Shown here: piece by piece, positions 7,950-23,026 of the stretch
Layout of the letters: each line of letters opens with the position of its first letter
How positions within the stretch are numbered: position 1 is the stretch's first letter
Assembly (NCBI GenBank): GCA_028865095.1
Contig: JAGWLA010000002.1
Span: forward strand, 1-47,318
Source of the DNA: Patescibacteria group bacterium
GTDB taxonomy: Bacteria; Patescibacteriota; Minisyncoccia; Phycocordibacterales; PALSA-1337
Length of the DNA stretch: 47,318 nucleotides
Reading direction: 5' to 3'
Program-made: the position numbers and the translations under genes
The notes under the pieces: model-generated
Databases searched by the model: none
What the model was told of the DNA's origin: nothing
Seen by the model: the letters and a program-made list of their open reading frames with translations, nothing else

Positions 7950-8288
7950 ATGAATAACGCAGACCAAGCTTTTCTGGAATACGTCATCAAGGCCCTCGTC
8001 GACAATCCCGACAAGGTCAAGGTCGCCCGCACGGTGGACGAGATGGGCGTGCTCCTCACGCTCGACGTCGACGCCGCCGACATGGGCAAGATCATCGGCC
8101 GTCAGGGCAATACCGCCAAGTCCATCCGCACCCTCCTGCGCGTCGTCGGCATGAAGAACAATTCGCGCGTCAATCTGAAGATCAACGAGCCGGTCGGCGG
8201 CCTCCGCTCGGCGGAGCATGCCGGCATGTCGGCTGCCCAGTCCGCTTCCAAGACGGTGGATGAGGCGATGGCCGACCTCAACCTCTGA
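7950..8288 (+). CDS. KH-domain RNA-binding protein (YlqC/UPF0109-like)
   Basis: Shows KALVDNPDKVKV and the GKIIGRQGNTAKSIRTLL motif (GxxG KH loop). This is the conserved position after rpsP. Confidence 0.8.
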   Translation: MNNADQAFLEYVIKALVDNPDKVKVARTVDEMGVLLTLDVDAADMGKIIGRQGNTAKSIRTLLRVVGMKNNSRVNLKINEPVGGLRSAEHAGMSAAQSASKTVDEAMADLNL

Positions 8289-8304
8289 GCTCTCGGACAT
8301 ATAT

Positions 8305-8335
8305 AAAAACACATCACATTCTTGCATGTGATGTG
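8305..8335 (-). terminator. Terminator hairpin for the orphan minus-strand gene (may also stop KH transcription)
   Basis: A 10-bp perfect stem, cacatcacat (8310-8319) / atgtgatgtg (8326-8335). On the minus strand it is followed by GTTTTTATAT. Confidence 0.65.
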
Positions 8336-8355
8336 GCATATCAAGGAGAGCCTGC

Positions 8356-8766
8356 TTACAGAAATAGATGCCGTGCCATCTTCCGGATGCGCTCATACAT
8401 CCTCCGTTCGGACATCTCGGGCGCAGAATATGAGAATTCCGGCGCAGGAAGCGTCTCAAGACGGTCGGCCTCGAACATCGCGATGAGATACCGTATCAGG
8501 TCGCTGGTCGATCTATCATCAGAGGCGGTTGTCCTGTCGTCCGCGATGAGGTTGATCGCGCCTGCCAATTGTTGGAGGCGGCCGCTTTCCTCGAAGATGA
8601 TCTTATTCAAGAGGTCGAGAGATTTCCGCATGCTTTCAGCGCTCTTAGACAGCATGAGAGATCTGACGGCGCTCTTCGTGGCGGTGTCGTTGCTCGCATT
8701 CCAGCAATGGACTGTGACCATGATGGCAAAAGCTCCCCGAGAGCTGACAGCGATGGGAGTATCCAT
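8356..8766 (-). CDS. Orphan hypothetical protein (136 aa) in a lower-GC insert between the KH gene and trmD
   Basis: ATG at 8766 is preceded by GAAAGGA 8 nt upstream. The gene has its own promoter and terminator. The protein is helical with no family recognised; it ends in RKMARHLFL. Confidence 0.5.
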   Translation of the reverse strand: MDTPIAVSSRGAFAIMVTVHCWNASNDTATKSAVRSLMLSKSAESMRKSLDLLNKIIFEESGRLQQLAGAINLIADDRTTASDDRSTSDLIRYLIAMFEADRLETLPAPEFSYSAPEMSERRMYERIRKMARHLFL

Positions 8767-8788
8767 ATTTGAATGTCCTTTCTTGATG

Positions 8789-8817
8789 TTGAAAATACTT
8801 CGAAATTGATGTAATGT
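8789..8817 (+). promoter_or_regulatory. Promoter TTGAAA-17-TAATGT lying 7 nt upstream of the trmD ATG
   Basis: TTGAAA at 8789-8794, TAATGT at 8812-8817, ATG at 8825. It overlaps the divergent orphan-gene promoter face to face. Confidence 0.45.
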
Positions 8818-8820
8818 CAA
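8792..8820 (-). promoter_or_regulatory. Promoter TTGACA-17-TATTTT for the orphan gene
   Basis: On the minus strand, TTGACA lies at 8820-8815 and TATTTT at 8797-8792, followed by a 25-nt leader carrying a Shine-Dalgarno sequence. Confidence 0.5.
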
Positions 8821-8824
8821 TTTC

Positions 8825-9490
8825 ATGACGACTTTCCATGTCATCACCCTGTTCCCGGGCGCGTTCGATTCGTACCTCGGCGAGTCGATCCTGAAGCGCG
8901 CCATCGAGGACAAGAAGATCCGGGTGAAGCTCTATAACCCGCGCGATTTCGCCAAGAACAAGTGGCACCGCGTCGACCAGCGCCCCTATGGCGGCGGCCC
9001 GGGCATGGTGATCGAGGCGCTCCCGGTCATGAAAGCCATCGACAAAGCGCTGCAAGGATCAAGGAGGAAGAGAAAAGGGGGAAGGAAAGCCAGGATCGCC
9101 TTCTTCAGCCCCTCGGGGAAGCAGTTCACCAATGCCATGGCGGACTCGTTCGCCGGGGACGAGGACATCGTGCTGGTGTGCGGCCGCTATGAAGGCATCG
9201 ACGCCCGCGTCAAGAAAGCCTTCCCGATGGCAGAGGTCTCCGTGGGCCCGTACACCCTTACCGGGGGAGAGCTCCCTGCCATGGTCATGATAGACGCCAT
9301 ATCCCGCCGCATCCCCGGCGTGCTCGGCCATGAGGGGTCCATCGAAGAGACGCGCATCGCCAGTCCCGACGTCTACACCCGGCCCGAAGCCATCGAATTC
9401 AAAGGCAAGAAGCACCGCGTGCCGAAAGTCCTCCTGTCCGGCGACCGCGCCCGGATCGATTCCTGGAAGCTGGGGAAGAAGCGCTCTTGA
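8825..9490 (+). CDS. trmD: tRNA (guanine37-N1)-methyltransferase TrmD
   Basis: Shows FHVITLFPGAF, RPYGGGPGMV and CGRYEGIDARV. Confidence 0.9.
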   Translation: MTTFHVITLFPGAFDSYLGESILKRAIEDKKIRVKLYNPRDFAKNKWHRVDQRPYGGGPGMVIEALPVMKAIDKALQGSRRKRKGGRKARIAFFSPSGKQFTNAMADSFAGDEDIVLVCGRYEGIDARVKKAFPMAEVSVGPYTLTGGELPAMVMIDAISRRIPGVLGHEGSIEETRIASPDVYTRPEAIEFKGKKHRVPKVLLSGDRARIDSWKLGKKRS

Positions 9491-9515
9491 CATATAAAGG
9501 CGCTTTTGCTAGGGT
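9487..9515 (+). promoter_or_regulatory. Promoter TTGACA-17-TAGGGT upstream of rpoB
   Basis: TTGACA at 9487-9492 overlaps the trmD stop; TAGGGT is at 9510-9515. About 175 nt of untranslated leader precede the ATG at 9695. Confidence 0.45.
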
Positions 9516-9694
9516 GCAGCTAACTTCGCAGATTGAGTTCTGCCCTCGCGGAGGATTAGAAAGGCTCATCATTAGTCCTACCCAGTGACCAACCCAGCGC
9601 TCTAGAACGCCGGACGAACCGTTTCTTGCCACGAGAGACGGCCTTTAGCGTTCGCCTGCGCGCCCGGTCGGTCCTGCCTTTATCAATACACGAC

Positions 9695-12886
<3,192 letters not shown>

Positions 12887-12904
12887 CCGCTTTTCATCAC
12901 TATC

Positions 12905-16579
<3,675 letters not shown>

Positions 16580-16616
16580 TCGTCTCCCGCCCTCTATCCG
16601 CATATCGTCGCAGAAT

Positions 16617-16635
16617 CGGCCCGCGGGCCGGTTTT
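16617..16635 (+). terminator. Weak terminator candidate after rpoC
   Basis: A short GC palindrome, cggcccgcgggccg, followed by GTTTT. Confidence 0.3.
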
Positions 16636-16639
16636 GCGC

Positions 16640-16645
16640 TATACT
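16640..16645 (+). promoter_or_regulatory. -10 box TATACT lying 6 nt upstream of the dnaG ATG
   Basis: tatact at 16640-16645, ATG at 16652, no Shine-Dalgarno sequence. Confidence 0.5.
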
Positions 16646-16651
16646 GACGCC

Positions 16652-18481
16652 ATGGACCGCTCAGACGTCGAAGAGATCAAAGCCCGTTTGCCCATCGAAG
16701 AGGTGGTCGGCGCCTACGTCAAGCTCGAGAAAGCCGGCGCATCCTTCAAGGCGAAATGCCCGTTCCATGGCGAGAAGACGGCGTCGTTCTTCGTGTCGCC
16801 GGACCGCGGCGGCTACTATTGCTTCGGCTGCGGGGCGAAGGGCGACATCTTCAGCTTCGTCGAACAGTTCGAAGGACTCGACTTCAAAGGCGCCTTGAAG
16901 GTGCTCGCCGAGCGCGCGGGCGTCGCCCTCCGCTCCGGCGTGCCTTCTTCCGCCGACAGCGAGCGGGAGGGGCTCTTCCGGGTCATGGAGGAAGCGACGA
17001 AGTACTTCGAAGACCGCTACGCCGCGTCGAAAGAGGCTCAGGAATATATAGCCAAGAGGGGAGTGACGGACAAGACTCGGGCCGAATTCCGCATCGGCTG
17101 GGCGCCCGAAGGCTGGCATGGCCTGCATGAGCACCTGAAAGCCAAGAAGCACCCGAACGAGCTCATCGAAAAAGCCGGCTTGGCCAAGCGCTCCGAGGAC
17201 GGCACCGGCAACTATTACGATCGTTTCCGGGGACGGGTCATGTTCCCGCTCTCGGATTCGAGCGGACGGGTCATCGCCTTTTCCGGGCGCATATTGCCGC
17301 GCCTCGACGACGGGAAGACGGGGAAGTACATCAACAGCCCGGACACGCCGCTTTTCGACAAGTCATCCGTCTTGTACGGGCTGGACAAGGCCAAGGGCGC
17401 CATCCGCCGGCTCGGGTATTCGATCATCGTAGAGGGGCAGATGGACCTCGTCATGTCTCACCAAGCGGGCGTGAAGAACACCGTGGCCGCGTCCGGCACC
17501 GCTCTCGCCGACGCGGGATCCGACCGTAACGGCGTCACCAACAATCTCGGCCTCCTGCGCAGGCTCGCCGGCAACGCCATCATCGCCTTCGATTCCGACG
17601 CCGCAGGCAGGAAAGCCGCCATGAGGGCCGCCGGCATCGCGTTGTCGCTCGGCATGGACGTCAAGATCGCCGACCTTCAAGGCGGGAAAGACCCTGCCGA
17701 CCTCGTCCTGGCGGACCCTGAAGGATGGAAGGATGCCTTGAGGTCAGCCAAGCCGATCGTCGAATTCGAGCTTTCCAACGTCCTTCGCGACGTTCCCGAC
17801 GCCCGCAAGGTGCCCAAAGCCCTCCGAGAGCGCGTCCTCCCGTTCGTCGCCGCCATGGAGAGCGCTACGGACAAGGCCTATGCCGTCAAGCTGATATCCG
17901 ATGCGTCCGACTTGCCCGAACAGGCCCTGCGCGACGACCTCAAAGCCGTCGAAGCGAAGCTCAAAGCGGAAGCGGCCGGCGCCTCCGGGCGCGCCCCCGG
18001 CGGCCCGGAAGGGAGCCGAGGGGCCGGCAGCGGACCGGCGGGCCAGGACGGCGGCCGCCAGGCGCCCTCCGCGGCTTCCGCGCCCACCCGCCTCGACCTC
18101 GTCGAGCGCCGCATGATCGGCCTCCTCGGCCTCATGGAGCGGTCCGGCGCACCGAAAGCCGCGGAGTATCGTACTATGATAGCGAATATCGCCCAAGGCT
18201 CCTTCGAGCAGATGCTCGAGCGCATCAAGCCTTTCATGGGCGATATCTCATTCGAAGCGGAGGCCTTCTATGGCTCCGATCCCGGCCGGTGGGATATCCA
18301 CATGGCCGACCTTATCGCCAATTTCGAGGAAGACCTCGTCAACGCGGCCCTCATCTCCGCCATGTCACGGCTGCGCGCCGCGGAACGTGCCGGCGACCAG
18401 GCGCGCGTGGCCGAGATCGCCAAGGAGTGCCAAGGGCTCTCCGCGAGAAAGGCGGACGCCGTCAAGCGGCGCCGCACGTGA
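16652..18481 (+). CDS. dnaG: DNA primase DnaG
   Basis: Shows the zinc finger CPFHGEKTASFFVSPDRGGYYCFGCGAKGD and the TOPRIM motifs IIVEGQMDL and AFDSDAAG. A Gly/Ala/Pro low-complexity insert precedes the C-terminal domain. Confidence 0.9.
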   Translation: MDRSDVEEIKARLPIEEVVGAYVKLEKAGASFKAKCPFHGEKTASFFVSPDRGGYYCFGCGAKGDIFSFVEQFEGLDFKGALKVLAERAGVALRSGVPSSADSEREGLFRVMEEATKYFEDRYAASKEAQEYIAKRGVTDKTRAEFRIGWAPEGWHGLHEHLKAKKHPNELIEKAGLAKRSEDGTGNYYDRFRGRVMFPLSDSSGRVIAFSGRILPRLDDGKTGKYINSPDTPLFDKSSVLYGLDKAKGAIRRLGYSIIVEGQMDLVMSHQAGVKNTVAASGTALADAGSDRNGVTNNLGLLRRLAGNAIIAFDSDAAGRKAAMRAAGIALSLGMDVKIADLQGGKDPADLVLADPEGWKDALRSAKPIVEFELSNVLRDVPDARKVPKALRERVLPFVAAMESATDKAYAVKLISDASDLPEQALRDDLKAVEAKLKAEAAGASGRAPGGPEGSRGAGSGPAGQDGGRQAPSAASAPTRLDLVERRMIGLLGLMERSGAPKAAEYRTMIANIAQGSFEQMLERIKPFMGDISFEAEAFYGSDPGRWDIHMADLIANFEEDLVNAALISAMSRLRAAERAGDQARVAEIAKECQGLSARKADAVKRRRT

Positions 18482-18577
18482 CCGCGCGCCATGCCGCAGG
18501 CCTTCCGGCGCCGCGCGCCGGCTTGCGCTTCGCTCCGCGATAAACTATAGTATCCAAGCTAATCAACTCCCATACTC

Positions 18578-19819
18578 ATGAGCACACGCAAAAAAGCAGC
18601 TCGTCCGGCAGCTGGCGCGCAGCATGGCTCCCGCCGCGCCGCCAAGAAAGCGTCCCCCTCTGGCAAGAAGAAAGCCCAACGCCCGGCCTCGAAGGCGAAG
18701 AAGGCGAAGCGCCCCTCCAAGGGCGGCCATTCCGCCGAGAAGAGCTTCGAGGCGAAGGCGGCAGCCCTCATCCAGAAGGGCCGCGACCGCGGCTTCGTCA
18801 CATATGACGAGATCATGAAGGAGTTCCCGCAAGTGGAGAACGACATCGCTTTCCTCGACGACCTTTACGGCAAGCTCTCGACTGCCGGCGTCGACGTCCT
18901 CGAAGGGGGAGGCATCCTCGAGGTCGAGGAAGCCAAGGAGAAGGAGAAGAAGCAGGCCCCCCACTATTCGCGCGGCGGGTCCGACAGCGCCTATGACTCG
19001 ATCCAGATGTACCTGAAGGAGATCGGCCAGTACCCGCTCATCAATGCCGGCATGGAGAAAGAGCTCGCCAAGCGCATCCAGAACGGCGACATCGAAGCCA
19101 AGAACCTCCTGGCCAAGGCCAACCTCCGCCTGGTCGTCTCCATCGCCAAGAAATACGTCGGGAGGTCTCCCGACTTGACCCTTCTCGACCTCATCCAGGA
19201 AGGGAACCTCGGCTTGTTCCGGGCCGTCGACAAGTTCGACTGGACCAAAGGCTATAAATTCTCGACGTATGCCACCTGGTGGATACGCCAGGCCATCACC
19301 CGCGCCCTGGCCGACCAGTCCCGCACCATCCGCGTGCCGGTCCATATGGTGGAGACCATCGCCAAATACAAGCAGGTCGTCCGCCGCCTCATGCAGGACC
19401 TCGGCCGCGAGCCGCTTCCCGACGAGATCGCCACGGAGATGGGCATGGACGTGGACAAGATCTATCAGATCGAGAAGATCGAGCAGGACGTCGTCTCCCT
19501 CGAGAGCCCCGTCGGCGACGATGACGACGGCAAGTCCACCCTCGGCGACTTCATCGCCGACGACAAGATCCTCTCTCCCGAGCAGGAATCGTCGCGTCGC
19601 ATCCTCCGCGACCAGGTGAACGCCATCCTGAACGACCTCTCGGAGAAGGAGCGCAAGATACTCGAGATGCGCCACGGCTTGAACGACGGCATCACCCATA
19701 CCCTCGAAGAAGTGGGCAAGGAATTCGGCGTCACCCGCGAGCGCATCCGCCAGATCGAAGCCAAGGCGCATGACAAGATCCGCGAGCACGACCAAGCCGG
19801 CCGGCTGAAGAATTACTGA
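18578..19819 (+). CDS. rpoD: Primary RNA polymerase sigma factor (sigma-70 family) with a Lys/Ala/Arg-rich N-terminal tail
   Basis: Shows [11 protein letters not shown], region 2 ([16 protein letters not shown]) and region 4 ([20 protein letters not shown]). This is the usual dnaG-rpoD order. Confidence 0.9.
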   Translation: MSTRKKAARPAAGAQHGSRRAAKKASPSGKKKAQRPASKAKKAKRPSKGGHSAEKSFEAKAAALIQKGRDRGFVTYDEIMKEFPQVENDIAFLDDLYGKLSTAGVDVLEGGGILEVEEAKEKEKKQAPHYSRGGSDSAYDSIQMYLKEIGQYPLINAGMEKELAKRIQNGDIEAKNLLAKANLRLVVSIAKKYVGRSPDLTLLDLIQEGNLGLFRAVDKFDWTKGYKFSTYATWWIRQAITRALADQSRTIRVPVHMVETIAKYKQVVRRLMQDLGREPLPDEIATEMGMDVDKIYQIEKIEQDVVSLESPVGDDDDGKSTLGDFIADDKILSPEQESSRRILRDQVNAILNDLSEKERKILEMRHGLNDGITHTLEEVGKEFGVTRERIRQIEAKAHDKIREHDQAGRLKNY

Positions 19820-19827
19820 CGCCGTTC

Positions 19828-19836
19828 TGGTATACT
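19828..19836 (+). promoter_or_regulatory. Extended -10 (TGgTATACT) upstream of the surface-protein gene
   Basis: tggtatact at 19828-19836, followed by a leader of about 30 nt to the ATG at 19873. Confidence 0.4.
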
Positions 19837-19872
19837 TGTCCCGTAGAGGTTTAACATAACACTGCCATATAC

Positions 19873-22800
19873 ATGAAGAACATCTTATCGGTGCGCGTTT
19901 TAGCCGTCCTGCTCGCGGCCATGCTGCTCTGCTCCGCCCGGTCCGCCCACGCTTCCTCGTCTCTCGCCGTATACCCGTACACTATATCTTCAGGCGACCC
20001 GGAAGCCACGGCCGCGACCATCACGTTCAATACGAGCATCGCCGGCGGCGCGACCATCTCCTACGGGACGACCGCCTCGTATGGCTCGAGCGTCTCCTCT
20101 TCCGCTTCTGTCACCTCTCATTCGATAGCTTTGAGCGGCCTTGCGCCCGATACGACGTATCATTTCATGATCACGGCCACGGATACCGCGGGCGATAGCG
20201 CTACTTCGTCGGACCAGACGTTTACGACGGCGCCCTCCTGCGCGTATTACGTCGATTCCGCGAACGGCAACGACGCCAATAGCGGCACGTCGGTCGCTTC
20301 GCCGCTCCAGCATCTCATGGCCGTGCCCGCTCTTTCCGCCAACGGCCAGAGCATATGCTTGCGGAGAGGGAGCGTCTTCAAGGATTTCCTCGTGGTGGGG
20401 CGCAACGGCACGACGAGCGGCCCGAACGGCAACGGCAAAGTGAATAACGTGACCGTCGAGGATTATGGGCCGGCCAACCTCGCCATGCCTCTCATCGACA
20501 ACAGCGACGCTATCCCAGCGTCGGCATGGAGCCTCGTCCCGGGGACCGTGAGCCTCTACCAGGCGACCGTGACCGGCCCGGGCACGTCGACGACCACTCC
20601 GTATGGGGCATGGACCAATACGTCCGCCTCCACGTACGTCAACGTCTTCGAATGCAAGAGCTCTCCCTGCATCCCGACCGGCGAAGGGGGCAACGATAAT
20701 TTCCTGGAAACGGTGAATTCACAAGCGACCGCGAGCACGACCGCAGGCAGCTACTATATCGCCGGCGAGAATTCGAACGGCTCGAGCGGTCCGACTAGCC
20801 TCGGCAGCTTCACCATATTCATGAACCCGACCGACGGGTCGAGCCCGATCACGAACGGCTATACGTATAGCTTCAGCAACCGCGAGACGGGCATATCCAT
20901 ATACGGCTACAACTCTCTCGTCAAAAATATCGCCGTCAAGAAGAGCTCGGGCAATGGCGGAGGCTTCATCATCGACAGCCTCGACGGCAGCGACGCCACT
21001 TACGAGAACATCGAGGCCGATCAGGGCGGCAAGCACAACATGCTCTGCAGCGGCGGCTGCACGGTCAAGGATTCTAAGTTCGTCGACGCGTATTATCCTT
21101 CCACGGCGAGCTACTTCGTGGCGTTCGATAGCCTCGGGACGGGACTGCCGATCGTCCTGGACAACGACACCTTCCTCGACGGCGTGCTCACTCCCAACAA
21201 TCTCGCCGCGGCCATGATCGACCATACCGGCGACCTCGTACCGTTCTCCGATTTCATCGTCGACGGCGGGCTCGTCGAAGGGGTCAACAACCTCACCACC
21301 GGATGGAGCGGGCTGGGATCGGCCGACCTGACTAAAGCGACCATCAATGGCCTGACCTGCATCAATGCGAGCGGATGCGTAGGCACGCAGGGCACGACGA
21401 CCATCGCCAACGTCCAGGACGTCTCTCCGAACAATTCAGGCGCCACCCTGCTCAAAGTCGGAGGCCCGGGCCCGCTCACCATCGCCTCGAGCACCATGTG
21501 CGACAAAGTGAGCTTCAACCAGTACGGCATCCAGACGACGACGGGGAACCAGCTTACGGTCGCGTCGAGCACCTTCTATGTCCAAAGCGCGAGCGGGTTC
21601 GAGACGGCCATCTATTTCGGCGGCGTCGGTAGCCTGCTCAACATGTTCAATACCATGATCGCCGGCGGCCCGTCGGGAGGCAACCTCTGGATCAAGGATT
21701 CGTCGGCGACCTCGACCGCTCCCTATACCGGCGACTATAACTCGATCTTCCTGCCGAACATCACCCAGGCGACCATCAACGGCACGAACTATACCAGCCT
21801 GGCTTCATGGCAGGCCGCATCGGGACAGGACGCCCATTCGACGACCACCAGCCCGACGCCGAGCCCGCAGACCATCGCCTGCACCCCGCATCAGCTGACG
21901 TTCACCGGCCCCTCATCGGGCGCGGTGGAAGCCTCGAGCGCCAGCTTCACGGTGACGCCGAGCGTAGGCTATAACAGCGTCGGCGCGCCGATCGGCTATG
22001 TCGGCACCGTGACCATCGCTCCGTCAGGGACGGCCGCCGCGGGCCTTTCGCCGGTCACTCTCGTCTTCCCGTATGCCGCATCCACGACCGCCCAGAGCTT
22101 CGCCATCAAGCCGACGGCGACCGGCACGCTTTCGCTCGTGGAATCCGCCGATGGCGCCACCACGAGCCCGGCATTCTTGGCTTCGACGACCTTGACCTAT
22201 ACCGTCTCGGCCGCAGCCCCGTCCGCTCCCTACGGCACCCCGGTCGCCACGGCAGGGAATGGGCAAGCGACGGTCGCATGGTACGCCCCGTATTCGATCG
22301 GCGGCTCTCCCGTGACTTCGTATGCGGTCGCTTCCGATCCTGCCGGTTTCGCTACGACCACTTCCGGCACCTCCATCACCGCGACCGGCCTTTCGAATGG
22401 CACTTCCTATACCTTCACGGTGACGGCCACCAACGCCATCGGCACCAGCGCCTCATCCACGCCGTCGAATGCCGTCACCCCCGCGGTTCCTCCCGCCGCT
22501 CCCGTCACGGCCGCGTCATCGGTCTCTTCGTCCGGCGGTTCCGTCTCGACGGCCGAGCTGGCTTCGCTCCTCGCGCCCGGACCTGCCACGGACGCATACC
22601 TCGCGTCCCGCGGCGCGGCCCCGTCCGCCGCCGCTATCGTGCCCGGCTGTCCTGCGGGCTATGTCTGCACGCCGGCTGCGGTCGGGAGCGCGCCTGCCCC
22701 TGCCGTCCCGGGCGCCTCGGCCTCCGCCTCTTTCCCGAAGTCCCTCCGCCTCGGCGATGTGAGCAGCGAAGTCAAAGCGCTCCAGGCCTATCTGAACGCC

Positions 22801-22968
22801 CATGGCTATGCAGTCGCCTCGGCCGGGCCCGGCTCTCCGGGCCATGAGACAGATATCTTCGGCGCTTTGACCAAAGCGGCCGTCGAAAAGCTCCAGAAAG
22901 CCCTCGGCCTCCCGGCATACGGCTTCTTCGGTCCGATGACCAGGGCAGCGATCGCCGCAGGCAAGTAG
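19873..22968 (+). CDS. Large secreted multidomain surface protein: signal peptide, Fn3-like domain, beta-helix-like region, Ig/Fn3 domains, and a C-terminal peptidoglycan-binding domain
   Basis: Signal peptide MKNILSVRVLAVLLAAMLLCSARSAHA. Fn3-like segments (LAPDTTYHFMITATD; GLSNGTSYTFTVTATNAIGTS). YYVDSANGNDANSGTS is typical of parallel beta-helix proteins. The C-terminal EVKALQAYLNAHGY...AVEKLQKALGL resembles PG_binding_1. Confidence 0.7.
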   Translation: MKNILSVRVLAVLLAAMLLCSARSAHASSSLAVYPYTISSGDPEATAATITFNTSIAGGATISYGTTASYGSSVSSSASVTSHSIALSGLAPDTTYHFMITATDTAGDSATSSDQTFTTAPSCAYYVDSANGNDANSGTSVASPLQHLMAVPALSANGQSICLRRGSVFKDFLVVGRNGTTSGPNGNGKVNNVTVEDYGPANLAMPLIDNSDAIPASAWSLVPGTVSLYQATVTGPGTSTTTPYGAWTNTSASTYVNVFECKSSPCIPTGEGGNDNFLETVNSQATASTTAGSYYIAGENSNGSSGPTSLGSFTIFMNPTDGSSPITNGYTYSFSNRETGISIYGYNSLVKNIAVKKSSGNGGGFIIDSLDGSDATYENIEADQGGKHNMLCSGGCTVKDSKFVDAYYPSTASYFVAFDSLGTGLPIVLDNDTFLDGVLTPNNLAAAMIDHTGDLVPFSDFIVDGGLVEGVNNLTTGWSGLGSADLTKATINGLTCINASGCVGTQGTTTIANVQDVSPNNSGATLLKVGGPGPLTIASSTMCDKVSFNQYGIQTTTGNQLTVASSTFYVQSASGFETAIYFGGVGSLLNMFNTMIAGGPSGGNLWIKDSSATSTAPYTGDYNSIFLPNITQATINGTNYTSLASWQAASGQDAHSTTTSPTPSPQTIACTPHQLTFTGPSSGAVEASSASFTVTPSVGYNSVGAPIGYVGTVTIAPSGTAAAGLSPVTLVFPYAASTTAQSFAIKPTATGTLSLVESADGATTSPAFLASTTLTYTVSAAAPSAPYGTPVATAGNGQATVAWYAPYSIGGSPVTSYAVASDPAGFATTTSGTSITATGLSNGTSYTFTVTATNAIGTSASSTPSNAVTPAVPPAAPVTAASSVSSSGGSVSTAELASLLAPGPATDAYLASRGAAPSAAAIVPGCPAGYVCTPAAVGSAPAPAVPGASASASFPKSLRLGDVSSEVKALQAYLNAHGYAVASAGPGSPGHETDIFGALTKAAVEKLQKALGLPAYGFFGPMTRAAIAAGK

Positions 22969-23014
22969 CGCCCCGCCCGCCGCCCCTCCATTCGTCCGCC
23001 GCGCGCTCGCAGGG

Positions 23015-23020
23015 TATAAT
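23015..23020 (+). promoter_or_regulatory. Consensus -10 TATAAT lying 6 nt upstream of ATG 23027
   Basis: The sequence reads gggTATAATgcctccATG, with no Shine-Dalgarno sequence. Confidence 0.55.
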
Positions 23021-23026
23021 GCCTCC

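Noticed and set aside
8356-8400. Calling the orphan protein a HEPN/HepT toxin on the basis of the C-terminal RKMARH (Rx4H).
   Set aside because: The motif lies only 3 residues from the C-terminus, there is no adjacent MNT/antitoxin partner gene, and a six-residue pattern is too weak without a profile search.
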